Source: Candidatus Flemingiibacterium sp.
GTDB taxonomy: Bacteria > Bacillota > Clostridia > Oscillospirales > CAG-272
Direction of reading: 5' to 3'
Assembly (NCBI GenBank): GCA_045578725.1
Contig: JAZNKS010000052.1
Location: 8,640-72,639 of the forward strand
Length of the DNA: 64,000 bases
Part shown: positions 45,591-53,948 of the stretch, in pieces
How positions within the stretch are numbered: position 1 is the first letter of the stretch
Layout of the letters: the number at the start of each line of letters is the position of its first letter
Translations under genes and position numbers: made by a program
The notes under the pieces: model-generated
Database searches by the model: none
The model's input: only the letters and a program-made list of their open reading frames with translations
What the model was told of the DNA's origin: nothing

Positions 45591-45645
45591 AGAAAAAAGG
45601 ACGAATCTTCGTCTCTGCAACTTTAGCGGAGAAATCAATCAAATA

Positions 45646-45798
45646 CGTAGGGCGGGGGCTTGCTCCCGCCGTTCGTTTTCATAATAGGACAAATTATTTT
45701 GTAGGGGCACTCATTGAATGCGCACGGGCGAACAATGTTCGCCCGCTTTTTGATTTGTGAAAGGCTTTCTTTCGGCGGGAGCAAGCCCCCGCCCTACG
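45646..45798. repeat. Nested inverted-repeat element (REP/MITE-like): 26-bp perfect arms around a 101-bp core
   Basis: CGTAGGGCGGGGGCTTGCTCCCGCCG (45646-45671) is the exact reverse complement of 45773-45798. Each arm is itself a GGCGGG/CCCGCC hairpin. The core holds a 9-bp hairpin plus T5 (45725-45751). Confidence 0.85.
45725..45751 (+). terminator. Terminator-like hairpin inside the IR element
   Basis: CGGGCGAAC (45725-45733) pairs with GTTCGCCCG (45737-45745), followed by CTTTTT. Confidence 0.6.
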
Positions 45799-46025
45799 AA
45801 CACTTGTTTTTGCGGATGGTGGGAACGGCATTGCCTCCGGGCTTCTGCCCGATGGTGCGTGGACATCCACGCGCTATGCTTGCCCCAGACGCGAGTGTCG
45901 GGAAAGCGGAAACCTACGCTTCAACCATCGGTTGCGTTGTTTTCGAAAAACAAGTTATTGCGTTGTTATACAGAGTATGGTATAATTAGGATAAAGTTAA
46001 AGAATCTGTGGGAGGGGTAATTACT

Positions 46026-46679
46026 ATGACGATAGGTGAAAGAATAAAAATGTTGCGAAAGCAAAATAATATGACGCAGGAGAACCTTGCAGAACATCTA
46101 TGTGTCTCATATCAAGCAGTCTCTAAATGGGAATGTGGCTTATCAAGTCCTGATCTTTCATTAATTCCTCCACTCACAAAGCTTTTTAATATAAGTGCCG
46201 ATGAATTGCTGGGGATAACGGAAGCTAATGATGATGTTACAAGAAAAAAGTACAATTCTGCCCTACAAAAATATCGAAAAAGCCAAGACCACAGCGTCAG
46301 TTATTGGTGGGCAAAAGAAGCTTGCTTGACTTATCCAAAAGACTTTGAATATTTGGAGTGGCTGGCATTTTCCGAGTATCAACTTGCCTTTGACGAAAAT
46401 CTATCTGAAAATCCAAGCAGTGAGTTTTTTAATGACCTTATTGAAAATTCCTTGCGCCACTATGAATTTATCATTGAGAATTGTGCGGATACCGACATTT
46501 ATTCAAAAGCTGTTTTAGGAAAAATTATGTTATTACGTTTTTCAGAACGAATTGAAGAAGCTGACTGGAGTGCAGAATTTGAATACCCAGATATTAACAT
46601 AAAATCAGCGACTCAAGCATTATCTCTATTTGATGAAGGTCAAATATTATTAAACTATATAGACAACGAAGATATGTGA
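46026..46679 (+). CDS. XRE-family HTH protein with an uncharacterised ~150-aa C-terminal domain, on an AT-rich islet
   Basis: I prefer the ATG at 46026, which is 8 nt after GGGAGGGG. MTIGERIKMLRKQNNMTQENLAEHLCVSYQAVSKWECGLSSPDLSLIPPLTKLFNISADELLGI. Confidence 0.85.
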   Translation: MTIGERIKMLRKQNNMTQENLAEHLCVSYQAVSKWECGLSSPDLSLIPPLTKLFNISADELLGITEANDDVTRKKYNSALQKYRKSQDHSVSYWWAKEACLTYPKDFEYLEWLAFSEYQLAFDENLSENPSSEFFNDLIENSLRHYEFIIENCADTDIYSKAVLGKIMLLRFSERIEEADWSAEFEYPDINIKSATQALSLFDEGQILLNYIDNEDM

Positions 46680-46685
46680 TTTCTC

Positions 46686-46756
46686 GCCCCGCCTCGTGCG
46701 GGGCTTTTCTTTGTTTTCTGCATATCAAAAAGCCACCACGGTTTTCGTGGTGGCTA
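46686..46756. terminator. Two back-to-back terminator hairpins (plus, then minus)
   Basis: GCCCCGC/GCGGGGC plus a T-run (46686-46712) serves the XRE gene. AGCCACCACG/CGTGGTGGCT (46729-46756), preceded by an A5 run, reads as a hairpin plus U-run on the minus strand for the 46807..48108 gene. Confidence 0.7.
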
Positions 46757-46806
46757 AATTCAATTTTACCTCTAATTTTGCAGACTCTCGGATTCGTCCT
46801 TTTTTA

Positions 46807-48108
46807 TTAATCAAACAGCACCCGCTGACGGATTCTTTCCATATCGGCGGCGGGAATCCTGTAGTATTTCAGCAGCGGATGGAGGGTATACCCATCCACT
46901 ATGACCGTCGGATGGGTCAGATAACCGTCGCCGCCGGTAATTTCGGCATACAGGATATCGCCGTCGGCATAAACGCCGTTTTCCTGCCGGGTGATGGTGC
47001 CTGTTGTCCGGGCCGTCAGGAGATCCGCATTTTCGTGAATAAACCACAGACCCTCGGCCAGCCGCATCGTACAGCAGAAATAGGCATCGTACAGCTGGGA
47101 GAACAGCGTGTCCGAGCCGCCGGGCTCCCGGCTGACCACGGTATCGGTGCCGGCACCGCCGTTGGCACGCTGGGCGGTGGCAAGGCCGTTATGATATATC
47201 CTCGCCGCCGTCTGCCGGTATTCCGCCTTGCCCTCGGCGCGGTAAAGCTGACAGGCCAGCATCAGGGAATCCACGATCGCGCACGGCTCCGTCCAGGTAT
47301 CGTACCGGCCCCACCAATTCGCGTTCTGGTAGGTGCAGGTCATGCCGCCGCGCTCGGTATAAAGCGCATAAATATCCCGGGCACCGTCCAGATAACGGGC
47401 ATCGCCGAGCGTTTCATACATCCGCATCATGCCGCGCGCCGCCGCGAGGGTACAATGAGTCTGCACCTTCAGGGCGATCTTGTCAATCGCAAGATAAACG
47501 GCAATCATTTCATCCAGCAGATCACGGATGCGATCATCCTTCAGAAGCCGATAGGCATGGGAGAGGCCGTCGATGCTCATGAAGGCACACCCGATGTCAC
47601 TGGACAGCTGCCAGCCGTTCACCACGCCGGTGGATTCGCCGCTGACATCGCCGCCGGCATCGCCTGCGCGGTCGATGGGATAGGATGCATACCGTCCGGC
47701 GGTGGGCAGATAAAGATACTCGCAGATTGAGCGGATCTGTTCATAGGCTCCGGGATCGCCGAACTGTTCGAAATATTCGCAGAGGCCGCGCAGGAGCCAG
47801 GAATGGCCGGATAATTGCTGTTCATGGATCACATCCCCGGCGGGCGGGCCGAAATACAGCTGCTTGTTGGTATGCGAGCGCATCGCTGTCATCATCGCAT
47901 CCATGCAGGGAAGCCTGCGGCCGCTGATTTTATAATGGGATACAAAGGCGAGCAGGGCGCGACCCTCCTTGTCGCCGTACCAATCGTAATCGGCCGGCGC
48001 GAAGACCTCGCTGATCTGATAATAGGGATCGTCCCGAAGACGGGCAAAATTCAGCTCGGTGCGCTCCCGCAGCTCATCCCGGTCAAAAGGAATCGCGGAT
48101 ACCGTCAT
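46807..48108 (-). CDS. Six-hairpin (alpha/alpha)6 glycosidase-like protein (GH127/DUF1680-like, tentative)
   Basis: 433 aa with a helical-repeat look. ...QQLSGHSWLLRGLCEYF... and ...HCTLAAARGMMRMY... are weakly reminiscent of GH127-type barrels. I have no firm motif match. Confidence 0.35.
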   Translation of the reverse strand: MTVSAIPFDRDELRERTELNFARLRDDPYYQISEVFAPADYDWYGDKEGRALLAFVSHYKISGRRLPCMDAMMTAMRSHTNKQLYFGPPAGDVIHEQQLSGHSWLLRGLCEYFEQFGDPGAYEQIRSICEYLYLPTAGRYASYPIDRAGDAGGDVSGESTGVVNGWQLSSDIGCAFMSIDGLSHAYRLLKDDRIRDLLDEMIAVYLAIDKIALKVQTHCTLAAARGMMRMYETLGDARYLDGARDIYALYTERGGMTCTYQNANWWGRYDTWTEPCAIVDSLMLACQLYRAEGKAEYRQTAARIYHNGLATAQRANGGAGTDTVVSREPGGSDTLFSQLYDAYFCCTMRLAEGLWFIHENADLLTARTTGTITRQENGVYADGDILYAEITGGDGYLTHPTVIVDGYTLHPLLKYYRIPAADMERIRQRVLFD

Positions 48109-48794
48109 TTTACCAGCTCATTGAAGCGGCGGATGCCGTCTTCCATCTCATCGAACTCTTTGGCGGCGAGGAATCCGGAGGAGCCGATGACATACATATC
48201 GGCACCGGCTTCGTTCATGCGGATCAGATTGGCAGGGCTTACATTGCCGTCCACCTCGATGCGGATGTGAGACAGACCGCGCTCATCAAGAAGGCGGCGA
48301 AGGCGGGCGATTTTGCCAATGGTCGATTCGACCAGCTTCTGGCCGGCATAGCCCGGATTGACGGTCATAATCAGCACACCGGCAGCCATTTCCAGAACCT
48401 CCTCAGCCATGCAGAGCGGGGTAGCGGGATTCAGCGCGACGATCGGCTTGCCGCCGGCCGCAAGAATCCGGTCGAAAGTCCGCTGAAGATGGCGGGTGCT
48501 CTCCGCATGAACCGATACCCAGTCGCCCTCTTCAATCGGGAACCAGGCGATTTTGTCCTCCGGATTTTCAATCATCAGATGAATGTCCAGCGGAAGGCTT
48601 GACAGACGGTGAAGATGGCGGCAGTAATCGGTGCCGAGCTGAAAATTGGGGACAAAATGGCCGTCCATTACATCAATGTGCAGGCCGCCGATTCCGCCTT
48701 TTTCAAAGACGGCCAGCGTTTCGCCGAGCTTTGCGGGATCCACGCACATCATCGAGGGCATCATAAGCTTTTCCATATACATACCGTGCTTCAC
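48105..48794 (-). CDS. Ribulose-phosphate 3-epimerase family protein (allulose-6-P epimerase-like)
   Basis: 229 aa. ...PSMMCVDPAKLGETL...GLHIDVMDGHFVPN...LDIHLMI...MTVNPGYAGQ...EVDGNV... are RPE-family signatures. A 4-nt overlap with the downstream gene. Confidence 0.85.
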   Translation of the reverse strand: MKHGMYMEKLMMPSMMCVDPAKLGETLAVFEKGGIGGLHIDVMDGHFVPNFQLGTDYCRHLHRLSSLPLDIHLMIENPEDKIAWFPIEEGDWVSVHAESTRHLQRTFDRILAAGGKPIVALNPATPLCMAEEVLEMAAGVLIMTVNPGYAGQKLVESTIGKIARLRRLLDERGLSHIRIEVDGNVSPANLIRMNEAGADMYVIGSSGFLAAKEFDEMEDGIRRFNELVK

Positions 48795-49045
48795 AGGGAA
48801 GCATCCTTTCAGGATAGATTTGTTGAGATACCATTATTATAACACGGCTGTGAGAAAATGTCAAGAAGACGGAAAGGGACGAAAAAGCCAAAGACATTGC
48901 GGCTCCCACACCACAGAAGCCTGAAGAACAATCGATTGAAACATATCGGAGGAAAGCGGTCAAACGAATTGGGGAAAAAAACACCGGGCATGGGAATCTG
49001 AATCGATAACCGTGTCCGGCTGAGTATTGGAGGAAGGGGGAATCA

Positions 49046-49813
49046 TCACTTTCGCCCCAGCATATGTTTGAGTTTGTTGTATTTATCCTGCCCCAGCAAG
49101 CGGATGAGGATCCGGTTGGGGGTGTGGATCAGGCGGTCGCGGCGCTCGGCCTTCCGCCATGCGTACAGCGATTGGCGGCGGGCTTCATCGAACCAGCTGG
49201 CGGAGAACCAATGGATGGCGGCGGTATTGGCTGTTTTGTTCAGTATTCCACTTGAACCTGACATCGGACAGAATACATCTTTGGGATAAAGGGCAAAGCC
49301 GTCAACAAGCTGATATTGGCCATTTTGCTGCAAACCATGCTTCAGACAAATCTCTGTCATGATAATTACATTTGTTGTCAGATTGGGCGAACCATCTTCG
49401 TTCAGAAAGCTTGCGGTGTCATAATAGCGGAGAAATTCAACAAACAGGGGAAAATCCTTCTCGCAGGCCATAATACCGGTGGGAATATGTACATCATCCT
49501 CAAAGCCGGAGAATGCCCGATGCTCCAAAAAGCGGTCGAGCGATCGAACAACTTCAACATCAGTATCCATATAGATGCCGCCGTATTGAGTCATAGCCCA
49601 CAGCCTTACATAATCGGTAACAAAAGCCCATTTTTTGGCCTCATAAGCCTGACGGACATAGAGTGGTGCCAAAGCCAGATCAAAATTATCCTCGTTCCAC
49701 TCAATGATTTCGTAGCCCCGGCAGTATATCTTCCAGCTTTTGATGCATTTTTTCGCCAGCTTCGGCTTGGGATTGCGCCCAAACCAGCAATAGTGTATTG
49801 TTTTTGGTATCAT
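49046..49813 (-). CDS. GT32-type glycosyltransferase (Gly_transf_sug / OCH1-like)
   Basis: 255 aa. MIPKTIHYCWFGRNPKP... and the GGIYMDTDVEV (DxD) motif. AT-rich relative to the window. Confidence 0.8.
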   Translation of the reverse strand: MIPKTIHYCWFGRNPKPKLAKKCIKSWKIYCRGYEIIEWNEDNFDLALAPLYVRQAYEAKKWAFVTDYVRLWAMTQYGGIYMDTDVEVVRSLDRFLEHRAFSGFEDDVHIPTGIMACEKDFPLFVEFLRYYDTASFLNEDGSPNLTTNVIIMTEICLKHGLQQNGQYQLVDGFALYPKDVFCPMSGSSGILNKTANTAAIHWFSASWFDEARRQSLYAWRKAERRDRLIHTPNRILIRLLGQDKYNKLKHMLGRK

Positions 49814-49820
49814 GATGGCC

Positions 49821-51104
49821 TCACAAGATTTTTAATTCCGGGAGCTTTATATGTCCCCACATATTGTTATTCCAATTTACTTCAAGCTGGTTTTTATTTT
49901 GAATTTCAAAAGAAAATGTAGGCCAAATGGCATCAAGATCTTCGTATCCCCCCAGGTTGTTGACTTCATAGAGAACGAGCAATGCCAGATATTTTCCCGG
50001 AACCAGACCAAGTGGATCCAAACTCAAGCGAAAGAAATTGTTTCCAATATGCAGAGAAGAAAAATTTTGCAGAATGCTTGCTCCTACAGAGATTTCATCC
50101 GGTGTGCGGATTTCCAGCCGTACGGATACATTACGAATATCAGCAGATGAACTCACTGTAAGTTCAAATGGTATTTCTTCATTCATATCATATAGCGGCT
50201 GCTCTTTGCTGCAAAGCCGGAGGTGGGTCATTTTTGCTTTTACATTCGCAGGAAGATGCGGCATTCGCTTCTCCCTCAGATCGTAATCAACTGCCATTGT
50301 CAAGGCTGCGGATTTGACATAATACTGTATCCCTTCCTCCACATCCCCCTCGAACACAACCTTACCCTTGTCCAGCACGACACAGCGGTCGCAGAGCTGG
50401 CGGATGGTGTTCATGTTGTGGCTGACGTAGAGGACGGTGCGGCCTTCCTTCTTGGCGGCATCGCGCATCTTGTCCAGACACTTTTTCTGGAAGGCCATGT
50501 CGCCGACGGCGAGAACCTCGTCCATAATCATAATCTCGGAATCCAGATGCGCGGCCACGGAAAAGGCCAGCTTCACATACATTCCGCTGGAATAGCGCTT
50601 GACCGGGGTATCGATGAATTCCCGCACCTCGGAGAATTCAATGATGTCCTCCATTTTCGCGTCGATCTCCGCTTTGGTCATGCCGAGGATCGCGCCGTTC
50701 AGATAGACATTCTCACGGCCGGTCATGTGCGGATTGAAGCCGGTGCCGACCTCCAGCATCGACGAAATGCGGCCGTAGATGTCAATCTCGCCGGCCGTCG
50801 GTGCGGTAACGCGGGAAAGCAGCTTCAGCATGGTGGATTTGCCGGCACCGTTTCCGCCGATAATGCCCAGCGCTTCGCCCTTGTAGACGGTGAGGTCAAT
50901 ACCGTTTAGCGCCATAAAGGTCTTGCCGACAAGCCGTTTGTCGGTTCCGATGACGGTATTGGGGTCTTCTTTGCCGCGGATTCTGGCCCACAGGCTCTGC
51001 AGATCGGCTGTGAGCGTGCCGCCGCCGATCTGGCCGAGCTTATACATTTTTTTGATGCCGGAGAGCTGAATGGCAACCTCACGGTTATTCGGTTCGTTGT
51101 TCAT
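49821..51104 (-). CDS. Polysaccharide/teichoic-acid ABC exporter ATPase (Wzt/TagH type) with a C-terminal extra domain
   Basis: I prefer the ATG at 51104, which follows GAGGAGG. Walker A GGNGAGKST, signature YSSGM, Walker B IMIMDEVLAVGD. About 160 extra C-terminal residues look like a Wzt_C glycan-binding domain. Confidence 0.88.
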   Translation of the reverse strand: MNNEPNNREVAIQLSGIKKMYKLGQIGGGTLTADLQSLWARIRGKEDPNTVIGTDKRLVGKTFMALNGIDLTVYKGEALGIIGGNGAGKSTMLKLLSRVTAPTAGEIDIYGRISSMLEVGTGFNPHMTGRENVYLNGAILGMTKAEIDAKMEDIIEFSEVREFIDTPVKRYSSGMYVKLAFSVAAHLDSEIMIMDEVLAVGDMAFQKKCLDKMRDAAKKEGRTVLYVSHNMNTIRQLCDRCVVLDKGKVVFEGDVEEGIQYYVKSAALTMAVDYDLREKRMPHLPANVKAKMTHLRLCSKEQPLYDMNEEIPFELTVSSSADIRNVSVRLEIRTPDEISVGASILQNFSSLHIGNNFFRLSLDPLGLVPGKYLALLVLYEVNNLGGYEDLDAIWPTFSFEIQNKNQLEVNWNNNMWGHIKLPELKIL

Positions 51105-51115
51105 TGACAGCCTCC

Positions 51116-51961
51116 TCAGACGGTATCCATAAAGGTTTTTTCCACGCGGTTGAAGATCATGATGCCGACAAACATCACAAGAAGGGTGATGCCCCATGAC
51201 AGCGCGTAGCTTGGCAGGGAAACGGTGCCCTGACCCAGCACGGCATAGCGGAAGAGCTCAACCGGCGCGGTCACGGGATTGACCGCCAGCACGGTTTTCA
51301 TGAAGCCGTCTGAAAGCTGGGACATCGGGTAAACGATCGGTGTCGCATACATCCAGAGCTGGATGCCGAAGGTGACAACGATCGAAAGGTCGCGGTATTT
51401 GGTGGTAAGGCTGGAGATGATGATGCCGCAGCCGAGCGAGAGCAGACCGAGATGGAGCAGCACGACGGGAATCAGCAGCCATGCTGCCCAGTTAGGGGAA
51501 ACGGCGCCGCGGATGAGATACCAGACCAGAAATCCGAGCACCAGAAGCATTTGAACGCCGAACTGGATCACCGATTCCAGTACATTGGCGATGGGCATAG
51601 TGAGGCGGGGAAAATAGACCTTGCCGAATACATTGGAATTGGCGGTAAAGACGGATGCATTCTTGGTGAGTCCGGAGGAAAAATAGAGCCAGATCGCATT
51701 GCTGCACAGATAGAAGAGCATCTGCGGGATGCCCTCGGTGGAGATGCCTGCGATGCCGCCGAACACGAAGGCATAGACCATGCTGCTGATCAGCGGATTG
51801 AGGAAAATCCACGCCGGGCCGAGGATGGTCTGCTTGTAGGTGATGACGAACGAACGCTTGGTGAACAGCAGGATCAGGTCGCGGTACTGCCAGACCTCGC
51901 GCAGATTGAAATCAAAAAGGCGGCGGCGGGATGTGATGTGGGTGTGATGTTGGTTGGACAT
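51116..51961 (-). CDS. ABC-2-type polysaccharide exporter permease (Wzm/TagG type)
   Basis: 281 aa, about 6 TM helices. N-terminus ...LREVWQYRDLILLFTKRSFVITYKQTILGPAWIFLNPL... is typical ABC-2. Confidence 0.88.
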   Translation of the reverse strand: MSNQHHTHITSRRRLFDFNLREVWQYRDLILLFTKRSFVITYKQTILGPAWIFLNPLISSMVYAFVFGGIAGISTEGIPQMLFYLCSNAIWLYFSSGLTKNASVFTANSNVFGKVYFPRLTMPIANVLESVIQFGVQMLLVLGFLVWYLIRGAVSPNWAAWLLIPVVLLHLGLLSLGCGIIISSLTTKYRDLSIVVTFGIQLWMYATPIVYPMSQLSDGFMKTVLAVNPVTAPVELFRYAVLGQGTVSLPSYALSWGITLLVMFVGIMIFNRVEKTFMDTV

Positions 51962-51979
51962 GGTTACCTCAATAGGGCG

Positions 51980-52936
51980 TTATCTTTTCCAAATAATTCT
52001 GTACAATGATGGGGAGGCAAGGAAAGCGAAAGTTGCAACTTTGATTGTCCAAATATCCTTACTGTTTCTTGAATAGATGTGCCAGAATTTGCATGCTTTT
52101 TTGCGTATTTCATACAGATGATAATTGATGTTATCATGATCGCGAATAAGGAAGTATTTTACTCGAAGCATTTCAAAGTATCTAGATAAAACTGCAACTG
52201 CCTCTTCATGCAAATCAAGTTTCAGTAAATATTCAACCCGATCTTCTAAAGCTATAAACCAATCTAATCTGCGAAGATTGTAAGGTTTGTTCATGATACT
52301 TCCAGATGTTTGACGGTAATAGTAGAACTGTTCGTTAATAGAAGATACACACTTGCTTGCTCCTAATAGGTGATGGGCAACAAATTCATCTTCATGAATT
52401 CTCCCTATAGGGAATCGTATGTTATTCCATAAATCTCGACTGAATACTTTATTTACAACTACAATATATTGAATGTTTAGATACCCGCTTTTTTTAAAGT
52501 CACGAAGTATATTGATACCACTGGATACCGAACTTGTCAGCAGAGGATATAAATCCGATATGGGATTGCCTGCTTCATTTACTCTCTCAAAATTACAGAT
52601 AGAAATATCCGCATTGTTGTCTGTCAATGATTCCATCAACCGCTCATACATTTGTGGATGGATGAAATCGTCACTATCAACAAATCCGATATAATCTCCT
52701 TGAGCAATATCCAGCCCTGCATTGCGAGCGCTGGATAATCCCCCGTTTTCTTTATGGATAACGATGATACGTGAATCCTTCTCCGCATATTCATCACAAA
52801 TGCTGGGGCAATTGTCAGGAGAACCGTCATCCACCAAAATCAGTTCAAAATCTGTGTAAGTTTGAGCCAGGATGCTGTCAATACATCTTGGTAAATAAGC
52901 CTCAACATTGTATATCGGTACGATGATACTTAACAT
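51980..52936 (-). CDS. GT2 glycosyltransferase
   Basis: MLSIIVPIYNVEAYLPRCIDSILAQTYTDFELILVDDGSPD...; DSDD motif. AT-rich. Confidence 0.9.
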   Translation of the reverse strand: MLSIIVPIYNVEAYLPRCIDSILAQTYTDFELILVDDGSPDNCPSICDEYAEKDSRIIVIHKENGGLSSARNAGLDIAQGDYIGFVDSDDFIHPQMYERLMESLTDNNADISICNFERVNEAGNPISDLYPLLTSSVSSGINILRDFKKSGYLNIQYIVVVNKVFSRDLWNNIRFPIGRIHEDEFVAHHLLGASKCVSSINEQFYYYRQTSGSIMNKPYNLRRLDWFIALEDRVEYLLKLDLHEEAVAVLSRYFEMLRVKYFLIRDHDNINYHLYEIRKKACKFWHIYSRNSKDIWTIKVATFAFLASPSLYRIIWKR

Positions 52937-53928
52937 TTTTCTCTATCCTTTGATCTGATTGACATGAATTTTCTCTGTAGTAGATTGACATAATAATTGG
53001 CCTGCTTCTTTTTGTCAGCAATCCAACATTCAAAAGAACGCTTTATCTCTGCAATCGGTTTGTGTGGATTATATCGTTCAAAATCCTCCTGCTGCACATC
53101 TCTGCTTTTTGGAAAAAGCCCCTTGTTTGTAATAAAGTAGGCACTGCATCCTGCTGATACATCATTCAGTTTCATGTTTCTTTTTGAAAAATGGATATAG
53201 TTAAATTCATCATACCGGATTTGATTATCCTTCCAGTAGGCTCGGAATATTTTACCGTTTTCCCAAAAAAACACTTGCTTTTCATAATTGTTATTTTGAA
53301 TCAGCTCCTGCGGCACATGAAAATACGAAAGAGTAAACTGAACTTTTCTATATGTAATATCAGCATAATCGCGAGAAAAATAGGTTGAAAAACCATGTCT
53401 ATCAAAAATACTCTGCATTCCCGCAATCTCATCAAATGCGACAATATCGGATGTGGTAAAAGCATCTTTATAGGTCAGCCAGTTATCGAGACTATATCTT
53501 GAATTGTTTTCATCGGTATTTCGATAATAGGTCAAATGCCCAAGTTTATAAATCTTATCATACTTTTCACGCACCGAATCCGGCAAAAACGCACGAATAT
53601 CGCCAAATATCATATCAAGATCGCAATATCCCCAAAAATCATATCCCACTAAATACTCGCTGAATGCCAATCCCCAAACCGGTTTATAATCACAAAGCTT
53701 ATATGGCCGGTCAAGTACTATTGGAAAATCAAAAAGCCCTTGAAGACGGTCACGCATCTCATGAAATGTACAATTGTGCACTCGGAAATTCGGCGGCAAA
53801 TTTTCAACATTGCAGTCTGTAATGAGGAGAAAATCAATGGTAGGATTGCGCTCTATGGATTTGAGAAATACCGGAAAATGTTCGGGAAGTTTCCCGAAAT
53901 AGCACGAGATGGTTAATAAGCTATGCAT
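52930..53928 (-). CDS. DUF6625-like putative glycosyltransferase
   Basis: 332 aa. ...TISCYFGKLPEHFPVFLKSIERNPTIDFLLITD...YKLCDYKPVWG...WGYCDLDMIFG... is a pattern seen in capsule loci. Assigned from memory only. Confidence 0.5.
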   Translation of the reverse strand: MHSLLTISCYFGKLPEHFPVFLKSIERNPTIDFLLITDCNVENLPPNFRVHNCTFHEMRDRLQGLFDFPIVLDRPYKLCDYKPVWGLAFSEYLVGYDFWGYCDLDMIFGDIRAFLPDSVREKYDKIYKLGHLTYYRNTDENNSRYSLDNWLTYKDAFTTSDIVAFDEIAGMQSIFDRHGFSTYFSRDYADITYRKVQFTLSYFHVPQELIQNNNYEKQVFFWENGKIFRAYWKDNQIRYDEFNYIHFSKRNMKLNDVSAGCSAYFITNKGLFPKSRDVQQEDFERYNPHKPIAEIKRSFECWIADKKKQANYYVNLLQRKFMSIRSKDREKC

Positions 53929-53948
53929 AAAACTCCTCTTTGGATAAA

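Noticed and set aside
45714-46020. ORFs 45714..45989 and 45757..46020 in the intergenic region containing the inverted-repeat element.
   Set aside because: They span the IR arm and hairpins, have no RBS, and their composition is repeat-derived (…GGSKPPPYE…). They are most likely artefacts of the GC-rich repeat.
48795-49045. The intergenic region downstream of the polysaccharide locus, with small ORFs (48809..48991 -, 48703..48984 -, 48646..48924 +), inspected for an ncRNA or terminator.
   Set aside because: I found no convincing hairpin with a U-tract, promoter or RBS by eye. It is left unannotated.
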